This document shows, one piece after another, positions 48,627 through 58,381 of a DNA stretch of 64,000 nt. The notes under the pieces are model-generated. The model saw nothing but the letters and a program-made list of their open reading frames with translations. It made no database searches and was not told the origin of the DNA. The position numbers and the translations under genes were made by a program. The DNA comes from Acidobacteriota bacterium (lineage in GTDB: Bacteria > Acidobacteriota > UBA6911 > RPQK01 > JADFOI01). Where the stretch lies: contig OY760074.1 in assembly GCA_963663035.1 (NCBI GenBank), positions 3,104,001 through 3,168,000 of the forward strand, given 5' to 3'. The stretch's first letter is position 1. Each line of letters opens with the position of its first letter.

Positions 48627-49673
48627 ATGACAGCGACACATGGATCTGCACCATCGGTGGGAATGTCTGAGCTTTCTTACACGCCGGAGGTGGCTCGTGC
48701 GACTGCACCCACTTACGAACGCTTGCGCGCTGTGATTCCCGAGATTGAGTGGCCGGTTCATGCGCCTCTCATTGCGGCTATCAACGAATTAAAACAGCAG
48801 CGTAACGCGATTATCCTGGCCCACAATTATCAAACCCCGGAAATCTTTCACGGTGTTGCCGACCTCACCGGTGACTCCTTGGCCCTGGCGCGCCAGGCGG
48901 TGGAGACCGACGCCGAGGTGATTGTTCTGTGTGGGGTCCATTTCATGGCTGAGACGGCAAAGTTGCTCAATCCTGAAAAGACGGTTCTCATCCCTGACCT
49001 TGAGGCTGGCTGCTCGCTGGCCGCATCGATTCGGGCCGAGGACGTTCGACTCTTGCGCCAACGATACCCGGGCACTCCCGTGGTGACCTACGTAAACACC
49101 TCGGCAGCCGTGAAAGCCGAGTCAGATATCTGCTGTACCTCGGCCAATGCTGTGGAGGTAGTGGAGTCGCTGGGCAGTGAACAGGTCATTTTCCTGCCCG
49201 ATGAATTTCTGGGTCTCCACGTTGCTGGGCTCACAGAAGTCGATGTCATCATCTGGAAGGGTCACTGCGAGGTGCACAAGCGTTTCACCGCCGAGGAGCT
49301 TTCCGCCTACCGCCAACAGTTCCCGGACATTGAAATCCTGGCCCATCCGGAGTGTCCCCCCGAAGTTCTGGTTGAAGCCGACTTCGTCGGCTCCACTTCA
49401 GCCATGATTCGCCATGTTGGGCAAGAACGGCCCAACCGCGTGGTCATGGTGACGGAGTGCTCCATGAGTGACAATGTAGCCGTGGAATTTCCTGAAATTG
49501 AGTTTATCCGCCCCTGTAATCTTTGCCCTCACATGAAAAGAATCACCTTGCCAAGAATCCTCTCAGCTCTGGAGAACCTCGAACATCGGGTTGAGGTATC
49601 CGCTCAGGTTGCTGGACCCGCCCGGCGAGCACTGGAAAAGATGCTGGCTGTAGGACAGCGCGTTTCACGGTAA
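48627..49673 (+). CDS. nadA: Quinolinate synthase NadA
   Basis: LAHNYQ, GDSL, CGVHFMAET, AGCSLA, YVNTSA, CEVH, AHPEC, CPHMK. Confidence 0.96.
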   Translation: MTATHGSAPSVGMSELSYTPEVARATAPTYERLRAVIPEIEWPVHAPLIAAINELKQQRNAIILAHNYQTPEIFHGVADLTGDSLALARQAVETDAEVIVLCGVHFMAETAKLLNPEKTVLIPDLEAGCSLAASIRAEDVRLLRQRYPGTPVVTYVNTSAAVKAESDICCTSANAVEVVESLGSEQVIFLPDEFLGLHVAGLTEVDVIIWKGHCEVHKRFTAEELSAYRQQFPDIEILAHPECPPEVLVEADFVGSTSAMIRHVGQERPNRVVMVTECSMSDNVAVEFPEIEFIRPCNLCPHMKRITLPRILSALENLEHRVEVSAQVAGPARRALEKMLAVGQRVSR

Positions 49674-49680
49674 GACACCT

Positions 49681-50625
49681 ATGAAGTCCAGTTCAGTGGG
49701 CGTACTGATCATGGCTTATGGGAGTGCGCCCTCGCTGGATGATCAAGCCATCTTTCGATACCTGCAGCACATTCTCCAGTATTACCGCAAGAAAGAGCCC
49801 ACTCAGGAAGAATTTCAAAACTTGAAGGAGCGCTATCACTCGGTAGGGGGCTCTCCTCTGTACAGTGTCACTGAAAAAATCGCTGAGGCGCTCCAAGATG
49901 CTCTCAACCTGAGCTTTCCCGAGCGCTTCCGAGTTGACCTGGCCATGAAACATTCTCCTCCCTTTATTGAGGATAGGGTGTCTCAAATGGCGGAGACTGG
50001 CGTCAAACAGGCAATTGCAGTGGCACTGGCTCCATTTCGCTCTCGCTTGAGCACAGAAGGGTATTATCGGCTTGTTCGGGAATCCAACAAGCAATTGGGC
50101 GTGCCCATCCAATGGTCATTCGTTCAGAGCTGGAATATCCATCCCCTCTTCTTGGAGCTCTGGAGGAACCGAATCGAGGAGACTCTCCACCTCCAGGATT
50201 CAACCCCCGCAGTCATTTTCACCAATCACAGTCTTCCGGCTCGAATTGAGGAATGGAAGGATCCTTACACGAGTGAGTTTGAGATGGCGGCTCAAGCGCT
50301 GGCCAAGAAGTGCCGTCTCCCCCAGTGGACAATCGCCTACCAGAGTGGCGGGGGCGGCAATGAGCCCTGGCTGGGACCCAATCTGCAGGACGTCCTGCGC
50401 GATCTGCGAGCTGAGGGAAAGGAACATTGCCTGCTAGCTCCCATAGGATTCTTGATGGATCACCTGGAGATTCTCTACGACCTGGACGTGGATGCCCAGG
50501 CGCAGGCAAAAAAAATCGGCATGACATTGTCCCGCACACCGATGCCCAATGACGATCCACTCCTGGTGAAAATGCTGTCGGAGCTGGTGGCAGACACGTT
50601 CATGAGCGAGCTGGCAAAAGCGTAA
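49681..50625 (+). CDS. hemH: Ferrochelatase (Firmicutes-like coproporphyrin ferrochelatase type)
   Basis: VLIMAYGS, GGSPL, FTNHSLP, YQSGG, PWLGP, PIGFLMDHLEILYDLD. Confidence 0.9.
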   Translation: MKSSSVGVLIMAYGSAPSLDDQAIFRYLQHILQYYRKKEPTQEEFQNLKERYHSVGGSPLYSVTEKIAEALQDALNLSFPERFRVDLAMKHSPPFIEDRVSQMAETGVKQAIAVALAPFRSRLSTEGYYRLVRESNKQLGVPIQWSFVQSWNIHPLFLELWRNRIEETLHLQDSTPAVIFTNHSLPARIEEWKDPYTSEFEMAAQALAKKCRLPQWTIAYQSGGGGNEPWLGPNLQDVLRDLRAEGKEHCLLAPIGFLMDHLEILYDLDVDAQAQAKKIGMTLSRTPMPNDDPLLVKMLSELVADTFMSELAKA

Positions 50626-50630
50626 CTGGC

Positions 50631-50650
50631 CCGTGGGCTGAAGCCCACGG
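50631..50650. repeat. Short REP-like palindrome
   Basis: CCGTGGGCT-GA-AGCCCACGG. Confidence 0.6.
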
Positions 50651-50690
50651 CTCTGCTTTGTTCTTGCTAGCTCCATCAGAGCCGCAGGCC

Positions 50691-50839
50691 AGCCCGCATT
50701 TCTCACACCAGGTCGTCACGAAGCGGCGGAAGGGCCGGCCTGACAAGGCGCGCGAGGGGTACCCGCTTGCGGGTCGCGTAACGCAGTCAGGTCGGATCAT
50801 TGCGCCGATGCAGTAGAACGGGTGTGAGAAGTGCGGGCT
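50691..50839. repeat. Structured palindromic repeat, family A copy 2
   Basis: 19-bp terminal inverted repeat AGCCCGCATTTCTCACACC / GGTGTGAGAAGTGCGGGCT; interior collinear with 4831-5037. Confidence 0.8.
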
Positions 50840-50854
50840 TTAGCCTGCGGGCCC

Positions 50855-53833
50855 TTACTCTCGGGAGGTGGGAGTAACGGTCACCGTGACACGGCGATTT
50901 CCCCGCAGCACAACGAGATCCACCGCATTCCCCACCTTGAGAGCATCGATGGCATAAGTGTAGTCGTAGATGTTCTCGATTGTCCGACCGGCCAGCTCAA
51001 TGATGACGTCACCGCCCTGGACGCCCGCCTGCTCGGCGGGGCCTCCTTTGCTGACCCCGGAAAGCTTGACCCCGGCAATGTCACCTTGAGCGTAGTCAGG
51101 AATAGTCCCCAGGTAAGCGCGCAAACCGGCCCGTTCGGTTGAGCCTTCAGGCCTCTCCATCTCGATATAGTCAGGCCTACTCTCGCTGGTGAGCAAAGAA
51201 TCTGTTATCCGCGCCATCAGGCGCACGATTCTTTCCGCCCCCTCATAGTTGATCTTGTCCGCTGTGTCGCGAGGGGTGTGGTAGTCGCTGTGTGCACCCG
51301 TAAAAGCGCTCAGAAGCGGAACTCCCTTGAGATAAAAGCTGGTTGCATCGGTGGGCAGGTAGCTATCATTTTGGATCACGATCGGCAATCCTATGGGGAC
51401 ATTGTGCCGCTCGGTCTCTCCTGGCCAGACTGAACTCGAGCCCACTCCTTGCAGAACAAGACCCGTTCTCAAACGGCCAATCATATCCATATTCAGATAT
51501 GCCGCGATCTGCGACTCCAGGGTGGGAGACTTTATTTCCTCCGACAAAGTCTCGACAAAGTGGCTGGAACCCAGCAAGCCCAGTTCTTCCCCTGACCAGG
51601 CAGCCAGGAGCAAGTCCCGCCTCATGGGGAAGGCTCCCTCCGCCCTCCGGTTGACCAGGTATTGTGCGATCTCGAGCACTCCTCCCACACCCGAAGCATT
51701 GTCATCGGCACCATAGTGAATCTCGCCTCTCTCCTCTTCTCGAGCCAGCGACCCGGCCCCAAGACCGTGGCCCAGATGATCGAGGTGGGCACCCACTACA
51801 ATCTCTTCGGACCCTTGTCCAGAGCCCCTTAGACGTGCCAGCACGTTGCGAGCTGTCCGCTTCTCTCTCTGAATATCGATTTGCACCTCCACCTCCAGAG
51901 CGGGGATATCAAATCCCATGACCGACTGGCCACTGTCCAGCTGGTCCTGGAGAGCCTTCAGACCTTCCCCGATCGGTTCCAGCAGCTGGACGGCAAAAGC
52001 ATCTGTGACGGAGATGACGCCGATGCTGGCCCCGGCCTGCGAACTATCAAAGGAGAGGCCAACCAGTTGGCCTTTCACTTGTGAGTTGGGACCACTGACC
52101 ACGATAAGACCTCGTGCCCCAAGATCTCGAGCCACCATCGCTTTGAAACGCAGGCTCGAGTAACGGCTCAGATGCTGACGAAACTCTGGAGAAATATCTT
52201 CAGGCAGGTAGCGAAAGACCAGGACCCACTTGTCCGTCACATCCAAATGGACATAGGAATCATACTCGTCTTGCTCATCTGACCCGGGAGCAACAATGCC
52301 GTACCCGGCAAAGGCGATTCCCGCTGGATCGATCCTGCCACTTTTGGAAAAAGCCAGAGGCCGCCAGTCTCGATCGACCACAGGGTCATCCTGAAAGGCA
52401 GTTCCCGTGGTCTCTCTCAACTGATTGTCAGGACCCAGGAAAACTCCGGCTGTAAACTCAAAGTCTTGAAAATAGGTTCCATTATCACCCGCAGGCTCCA
52501 GCCCCAAAAACTGGAAGGCGGTGGCCACATACTCTGATGCTCGCCTTGCGCCCTGGCTTCCAGTGAGACGTCCTTCCATCCTTTCCGAGGCCAGATAGTT
52601 CACATGGAGACGTAAATCTCCGGCGCTGATCTCAGGGCTGGTAGCATCCAGGTTGGGCAAGGTCTCGAAGTCTGGTGACCCATCGCTCATCCCGCCTTCT
52701 TCCTCGGCAGTGACACTTAAACCCAGCAGCAGCCGAGCCTCAGTGTCATCCCACCGGGTAGCAAAGAGCTGTGACTGCTGATTCACGGTGAGATTGCTTG
52801 TCCACAGGAGCTGTCTTCCCTCCGGGTGGAAGACGGGGAGACCATCGAAGCCCTCCCTGAAGGTGACACGAACCGGCTCACTCTTCCCCTCAACATCCAC
52901 CAGGTAGAGCTCAAAGTTTTCAAATCCCTGGAGGTTGGATGCAAAAATCAGATAGTCACCCGAGGGATGAAAATAGGGCGCCCACGACATGGCACCCAAA
53001 TGGGTAATTTCTCTTTGCTGGGAGCCGTCCAAATTCATGGTATAGATTTCAGCAGTAGCGCCATCTTCGGAGAATCGCCTCCAAACGATCTGCTGACCAT
53101 TCGGACTGAAGAATGGTCCCCCATCATAGCCTTTGGCATGGGTCAGACGCCGGACCTGGGTGCCGTCGGCATTCATGATGTAGACATCAGCCAGATAAGA
53201 TTTGTCCCTCTCAAAGATGCTCTGATCCTGAGGGGACAGTTCTTCGGTGTAGGCATGGCGGTTTGACGAGAAAACGATGAGTCCTCCGTCAGGCGAGTAG
53301 GAGCCCTCGGCGTCGTAACCGCGAGCCTGGGTGAGATTCTTCAGATTTCTTCCCTCGAGATCGCTTTCAAAAATGTCAAAGAACTCATCATAGTCCCAGG
53401 AATAGCGGCCAGACTCGCCGGCAGCGCGCAGCCTTAATTCCTCTTCCTGCTTAAGGCGTGCATTGGGATCTTCATGGGTCGATGCAAAGAGAGCTTTTGA
53501 CCCTTGGGGATGGATCCAGGCACAGGTGGTCTTGCCAAAACCAGGGCTGACGCGGCGAGTATCGCCCGTTTCCATGTTCATCAGATAAATCTGAAAGAAG
53601 GGGTTTCCCGGCTCGCGCTCACTCTGGAAAATGAGCATGGACCCGTCTGGGTTGAAGTATCCCTCCCCGGCACGACGACCTTCAAAGCTCAATTGCCGAA
53701 TACTGGAGAGAAGTCGACTTTCAGCCTGTTCTCCTGCTCCGCTTTCGGCGGCCTGAAAAGCCAACGATGGTAAAAGCGTCCCCACCAGCAGCGCTGATAA
53801 CCAACGGGAGATGTTCATCCGCTCAACCATCAT
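50855..53833 (-). CDS. Exported M28 aminopeptidase with TolB-like PD40 propeller, PA and PDZ domains
   Basis: PD40 repeats (YFNPDG, FFSPNG), VGAHLDHLG, GADDNASG, WSGEELGLLGS, NMDMIGR, DYHTPRDT, YLGTIPDY + PDZ. Confidence 0.9.
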   Translation of the reverse strand: MMVERMNISRWLSALLVGTLLPSLAFQAAESGAGEQAESRLLSSIRQLSFEGRRAGEGYFNPDGSMLIFQSEREPGNPFFQIYLMNMETGDTRRVSPGFGKTTCAWIHPQGSKALFASTHEDPNARLKQEEELRLRAAGESGRYSWDYDEFFDIFESDLEGRNLKNLTQARGYDAEGSYSPDGGLIVFSSNRHAYTEELSPQDQSIFERDKSYLADVYIMNADGTQVRRLTHAKGYDGGPFFSPNGQQIVWRRFSEDGATAEIYTMNLDGSQQREITHLGAMSWAPYFHPSGDYLIFASNLQGFENFELYLVDVEGKSEPVRVTFREGFDGLPVFHPEGRQLLWTSNLTVNQQSQLFATRWDDTEARLLLGLSVTAEEEGGMSDGSPDFETLPNLDATSPEISAGDLRLHVNYLASERMEGRLTGSQGARRASEYVATAFQFLGLEPAGDNGTYFQDFEFTAGVFLGPDNQLRETTGTAFQDDPVVDRDWRPLAFSKSGRIDPAGIAFAGYGIVAPGSDEQDEYDSYVHLDVTDKWVLVFRYLPEDISPEFRQHLSRYSSLRFKAMVARDLGARGLIVVSGPNSQVKGQLVGLSFDSSQAGASIGVISVTDAFAVQLLEPIGEGLKALQDQLDSGQSVMGFDIPALEVEVQIDIQREKRTARNVLARLRGSGQGSEEIVVGAHLDHLGHGLGAGSLAREEERGEIHYGADDNASGVGGVLEIAQYLVNRRAEGAFPMRRDLLLAAWSGEELGLLGSSHFVETLSEEIKSPTLESQIAAYLNMDMIGRLRTGLVLQGVGSSSVWPGETERHNVPIGLPIVIQNDSYLPTDATSFYLKGVPLLSAFTGAHSDYHTPRDTADKINYEGAERIVRLMARITDSLLTSESRPDYIEMERPEGSTERAGLRAYLGTIPDYAQGDIAGVKLSGVSKGGPAEQAGVQGGDVIIELAGRTIENIYDYTYAIDALKVGNAVDLVVLRGNRRVTVTVTPTSRE

Positions 53834-53942
53834 TCCTTATCTCGCTCCAGTTCAAGGGCAGCTAACCAGAAACTGTCTGCTTTGTTGTCCCGGCGACACT
53901 ATGATATCGTCCGCCAGCGAAGGGGACAGGAGGAGTAGCATT

Positions 53943-54650
53943 ATGACAAAGAAGACGGGAGCTGCAAAAGTGTCCGGCCGGCAATTGAACCACTACACTG
54001 TTTTCGCCTTCACGGATCTCTTTTGGCAGCAGACCTCCAAACAGCAGCAGGCCTTTCTCAAGCAGCTCGACTCCCAGATCTCCCAGCTGGCTGAACGGGT
54101 TTTCCTCTATCACATTTTCCCCACTCGCTCGGAAGGCGACTTGATGCTCTGGAGTGCTCTCAGCGCTGATGATCCCCAGCAGGCCGCCAGCTTTTTCACG
54201 CGCTTTGCTTCCACGACCTCCTCCTGGAGACAGTATCTCAAACCGCTCAACACCCTGTGGGGATTCACGCGGCCTTCCCATTACGCCACCGGAAAGTCCT
54301 CTCAAGAGATAGATCCGTTTCAGGCCGAGCGCAAACCCTATCTGGTCATCTACCCCTTCCTCAAGACCGCAGAATGGTACTTGATGGACAGAGAGACTCG
54401 ACAGGAAATGATGAATGAGCACATCAGAGTAGGCCGCCAATATCCCGAGATCTCCCAGCTTCTTCTCTATTCAACCGGCCTTCAGGATCAGGAATTCGTG
54501 GTGGTTTACGAAACCGAGGACCTGGCTCACTTCTCTGAGCTGGTCTCTGTGCTGCGCAGCACTGAAGGACGAAAATACACTTTACGAGACACACCGATCT
54601 ATACGGCAATCTACCGAGCACAAGACGAAATCCTCTCCACTTGGGGATGA
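53943..54650 (+). CDS. Chlorite dismutase family protein, probable coproheme decarboxylase (ChdC/HemQ)
   Basis: YPFLKTAEWYL, RQEMMNEH, YSTGLQDQEFVV; directly upstream of hemL. Confidence 0.75.
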   Translation: MTKKTGAAKVSGRQLNHYTVFAFTDLFWQQTSKQQQAFLKQLDSQISQLAERVFLYHIFPTRSEGDLMLWSALSADDPQQAASFFTRFASTTSSWRQYLKPLNTLWGFTRPSHYATGKSSQEIDPFQAERKPYLVIYPFLKTAEWYLMDRETRQEMMNEHIRVGRQYPEISQLLLYSTGLQDQEFVVVYETEDLAHFSELVSVLRSTEGRKYTLRDTPIYTAIYRAQDEILSTWG

Positions 54651-55960
54651 CTGGGCCCGCTGAGGTCATCATGCGGTTGAACCAATCCAAAGATCTCATG
54701 AAGAGAGCAAAGAAGCTGATGCCTGCGGGCGTCAACAGTCCGGTCCGAGCCTTTCAAGCGGTGGGGGGAGATCCCGTCTTCATCGCCCAGGCAGAGGGTC
54801 CGATCCTGACTGACGTGGACGGAAACTCCTATGTGGACTACGTCTGCTCCTGGGGCCCCCTCATACTCGGGCATTGTCATCCCGACGTGCTCCGGGCTGT
54901 AGGAGAAGCCGCCCGCAAGGGCCTCACCTACGGGGCTCCACACCAAGGAGAGCTCAACCTGGCAGACATCATCACCAAAGCAATGCCCTGGATAGAGATG
55001 CTCCGATTCGTCAACTCGGGCACCGAAGCAGCCATGAGTGCCATTCGCCTGGCTCGAGCTGCCACCGGCCGTACGAAAATCGTCAAGTTCGAGGGCAACT
55101 ATCATGGCCACGTGGATTCTCTGCTGGCTAAGGCGGGCTCAGGCGTTGCCACTTTTGGGCTGCCCGACAGTTCGGGTGTTCCCGCGGAAATGACCCGGGA
55201 CAGTATGGTGGCACCGTTTAACCACCTCGAAGCCGTGGAGGAATTGTTCAAGGAAGAGGGCGAAAAGATAGCTACCGTCATCGTTGAACCGGTGGCCGGG
55301 AACATGGGAGTTGTTCCTCCCGCTGAGGGTTTCCTGGCGGGACTGCGTGAGCTGACTCGACACTATGGTGCTCTCCTGATCCTCGACGAGGTCATGACTG
55401 GTTTCCGGGTATCTCGCGGCGGTGCTGCCCAATTGTACGATGTCAAACCGGACCTGGTCTGTCTTGGAAAAATCATCGGGGGCGGGCTTCCGGTGGGAGC
55501 CTATGGGGGCCGTCGAGAGCTGATGGAAATGGTCGCACCGCTGGGACCTGTGTACCAGGCCGGAACTCTTTCAGGCAATCCAGTTGCCATGGCAGCCGGA
55601 TTGGCCACCCTGGGACAGTTGACGGCTGAGCTCTATTCTCTCCTGGAGATGAAAGGCAAGGCGCTGGAAGCAGGAGTCCTCGAGGCGGTGCGAAAGTGTG
55701 GGGTCGCAGGCCAGGTCAACCGGGTCGGCTCCATGCTGAGCCTCTTTCTCTGTGACCAGCCGGTGAGCGACTCGCAAACCGCTTTTTCAACCGATCGTGC
55801 ACTCTACGGACGCCTGTTTCACGCTCTGCTTTCTCGGGGAATCTACTTGCCACCTTCAGCGCTGGAATCATGGTTCATCAGCGCAGCTCACAGCGAATCC
55901 CATATCGAGAGCACACTTCAGGCCTTTACTCCGGCTCTGGAGGAAGCCCTGTCCAAGTGA
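54647..55960 (+). CDS. hemL: Glutamate-1-semialdehyde 2,1-aminomutase
   Basis: GVNSPVRAF, SWGPLILGH, NSGTEA, YHGH, DEVMTGFR, GKIIGGGLPVGAYGG, YQAGTLSGNP; alternative start 54671. Confidence 0.96.
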   Translation: MTGPAEVIMRLNQSKDLMKRAKKLMPAGVNSPVRAFQAVGGDPVFIAQAEGPILTDVDGNSYVDYVCSWGPLILGHCHPDVLRAVGEAARKGLTYGAPHQGELNLADIITKAMPWIEMLRFVNSGTEAAMSAIRLARAATGRTKIVKFEGNYHGHVDSLLAKAGSGVATFGLPDSSGVPAEMTRDSMVAPFNHLEAVEELFKEEGEKIATVIVEPVAGNMGVVPPAEGFLAGLRELTRHYGALLILDEVMTGFRVSRGGAAQLYDVKPDLVCLGKIIGGGLPVGAYGGRRELMEMVAPLGPVYQAGTLSGNPVAMAAGLATLGQLTAELYSLLEMKGKALEAGVLEAVRKCGVAGQVNRVGSMLSLFLCDQPVSDSQTAFSTDRALYGRLFHALLSRGIYLPPSALESWFISAAHSESHIESTLQAFTPALEEALSK

Positions 55961-55976
55961 AAGAAGAAGGAGACCT

Positions 55977-56456
55977 GTGTCGAAGCCTGTGACACCAGAG
56001 GAGTTTCGAGAGGTGATGGGTCGCTTTGCCACCGGCGTAACGATTGTCACGATCGAGGACGAGGACGGCAAACCCTATGGCCTGACCGTAACCTCTTTCA
56101 CTTCCGTCTCAATGAATCCGCCGCTGGTTCTGGTCTGTCTGGACTATCGGTTGAGTGGACTGGCAAACTTCAAGGAGAGTGACAGATTTGGAGTCAACAT
56201 TCTGGCCGAGGGTCAGGCCGATCTCTCGGATTACTTCGCCCAGGCAGGAACAGATCGTTCTCAAGTTCACTACGTGAAGGGTGAAACCGGGGTGCCCCTA
56301 TTGGAAGGGGTCCTAGCTAGAATGGAATGCCGGATCTTCAGCCTGTATCCCGGCGGGGATCACACCATCGTCCTGGGTGAAGTCAAAGGCACTGAAGTCC
56401 TCCAGCCTGACAAGGGCCCTTTGCTCTACCACGGTGGCCGCTATAGAAGGTTGTAG
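55977..56456 (+). CDS. Flavin reductase family protein
   Basis: FREVMGRFATGVTIVT, SFTSVSMNPPL, GGDHTIVLG; GTG start after AGGAG. Confidence 0.9.
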   Translation: MSKPVTPEEFREVMGRFATGVTIVTIEDEDGKPYGLTVTSFTSVSMNPPLVLVCLDYRLSGLANFKESDRFGVNILAEGQADLSDYFAQAGTDRSQVHYVKGETGVPLLEGVLARMECRIFSLYPGGDHTIVLGEVKGTEVLQPDKGPLLYHGGRYRRL

Positions 56457-56535
56457 GAAATATGGGGACAGACTACCCGTTCACCTCATTTCAAAATGAG
56501 GTGAACGGGTAGTCTGTCCCCATATTTCCTACAAC
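56450..56535. repeat. Perfect 42-bp-arm palindrome between convergent genes
   Basis: GTTGTAGGAAATATGGGGACAGACTACCCGTTCACCTCATTT-CA-exact reverse complement. Confidence 0.9.
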
Positions 56536-57485
56536 TACTCCTGCGGCCCCTGTTCTGCAAATCGATGCCCGGTTTCGTGAACAAAGACATCTTCCAGGGT
56601 CGGTTTCCCCACGCTGACTGCTTCAATTTGCTGTGGATAGCTTTCCATGATCTTTGCCGCCAGTTCATACCCTCGAGGGCGTTCCAGGCGTAAGGTCCCA
56701 TCGACCACCCTGGGATCACAGGCGAACTTCTCCCCGATCAAACCACGGAGAGACTCCGGATCCGGGCTCTGAATGACAATCACATCCCCACCGATCTTTT
56801 CTTTCAATGCCACTGGGGTCCCATCGGCCACCACCTGGCCTCCGCTCAGGATCACCAGGTGATCACAGCGCTCGGCTTCCTCCATTAAGTGAGTGGTAAA
56901 GAGAATAGTGATTCCACCTTCAGCGCGTAGAGTCTTCAAGTGTTGCCAAAAGTCGAGCCGAGCCCCCGGATCCAAGCCTGCGGTAGGTTCATCCAGCATC
57001 AAAATCTGCGGACTATGCAGGAGGCCTTTTGCCAGCTCCAAGCGACGGCGCAGACCACCGGAGAGCGTTCTGACCAGATCGCGGTTCCGGCTCTCCAAGC
57101 CGAAGCGACCGATCAATGTCTCCACACGCCTTTTCAGCTCTCCTCCCCGAAGTCCATAAAGACGCCCCTGGTGGATCAGATTTTCCTCGCTCGTCAGTTC
57201 CAGATCCAGGCTATTGGATTGAAAAACAACTCCGATCAAACGGCGGACCTCATGAGGATAGTCCTTCACATCCACACCCGCCACCTTCGCCTCTCCCTGG
57301 TCAGGAACCAGAAGCGTACAAAGGATACGGAACAGGGTAGTCTTCCCTCCACCATTGGGGCCCAAGAGCCCGAAGATTTGGTTTCTCTGGACCGAGAAGC
57401 TGACGTTTTTCAGTGCCTCCTGCTGCCCATAGCGGAAGCTCACATTGGATGTCTCCACAATAGACAGCAGCTCGGAGTCAGCCAT
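56535..57485 (-). CDS. ABC-2/DrrA-type ABC transporter ATP-binding protein
   Basis: GPNGGGKTT, LSGG, LDEPTAGLD, TTHLMEEA, PTLEDVF. Confidence 0.92.
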   Translation of the reverse strand: MADSELLSIVETSNVSFRYGQQEALKNVSFSVQRNQIFGLLGPNGGGKTTLFRILCTLLVPDQGEAKVAGVDVKDYPHEVRRLIGVVFQSNSLDLELTSEENLIHQGRLYGLRGGELKRRVETLIGRFGLESRNRDLVRTLSGGLRRRLELAKGLLHSPQILMLDEPTAGLDPGARLDFWQHLKTLRAEGGITILFTTHLMEEAERCDHLVILSGGQVVADGTPVALKEKIGGDVIVIQSPDPESLRGLIGEKFACDPRVVDGTLRLERPRGYELAAKIMESYPQQIEAVSVGKPTLEDVFVHETGHRFAEQGPQE

Positions 57486-58371
57486 TCTTGTCGATGACCA
57501 TGAGAATCAGAAGGAGGGGAAGGTATGCCACCGAGGCAAGCAAAACTCGGCGTGCCGAGATGGTTGTGCGAAGGAGAGCGGCTTCAAATCCGAGCCACAC
57601 AAATGCTGAGCCCAAGAAAACGGCACCCATAAGATAGACCATTCCCGTCAAACCAGACGAGGCCGGCCACACACTCAAGGCCAACAAAGCAATCGAGTAC
57701 GCCAAAATACGCCGACCAGTTCTTTTGCCGTCCGGATCAGTTGAAGATAACATAGCGAATCCAGCCCGCTTGTAATCGTCCCGATAAATCCAGGAGATGG
57801 CTAAGAAGTGGGGAAATTGCCAGGCAAAGAGTATCGCAAAGAGAAGGAAGGCATGGAAATCGAGAGAACCGGTTGCAGCCGCCCAACCGATCAAAGGTGG
57901 AATGGCGCCTGGAATTGCACCGATGGTCGTGCAAACAGGGGTCTTCTTTTTCAAAGGAGTATACACAAACAGGTAAAGAACCGAGGTAACACATCCCAGA
58001 AAGGCAGCCAGAAGATTGGTCAGAAACGCCAAATAGAGGCTCCCGGTGACGATCAGAATGCCGCCAGCAATGAAGGCATCAGCCTCGCCGACTCGCCCTG
58101 AGGGCAAAGGACGTTTACAGGTTCGCTTCATTCTGCCGTCCTCTTCCCGTTCAAGAAACTGATTGAGGACAGATGCACCCCCACCCAAGAGAGCCGTGCC
58201 AATTAAGGTGTGGAGCAAGAGTAAGAGATCCAACCTGGCCGAAGAGGCCAGATAGAAGCCCGCGGCCGAGGTCAAGGTCACCGCCAGAGTGACACGTGGT
58301 TTGGTCAGCTCAAAAAATGCGGCAAGCTTGAGCATAAGCGGGCTCCCTGATTCAGTTAATTCCATTCTCAT
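57478..58371 (-). CDS. cyoE: Protoheme IX farnesyltransferase (heme o synthase)
   Basis: ELTKPR, DGRMKRTCKRPLPSGR, YTPLK, WQFPHF, DYKRAG. Confidence 0.93.
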   Translation of the reverse strand: MRMELTESGSPLMLKLAAFFELTKPRVTLAVTLTSAAGFYLASSARLDLLLLLHTLIGTALLGGGASVLNQFLEREEDGRMKRTCKRPLPSGRVGEADAFIAGGILIVTGSLYLAFLTNLLAAFLGCVTSVLYLFVYTPLKKKTPVCTTIGAIPGAIPPLIGWAAATGSLDFHAFLLFAILFAWQFPHFLAISWIYRDDYKRAGFAMLSSTDPDGKRTGRRILAYSIALLALSVWPASSGLTGMVYLMGAVFLGSAFVWLGFEAALLRTTISARRVLLASVAYLPLLLILMVIDKNG

Positions 58372-58381
58372 GAGACCTGCC

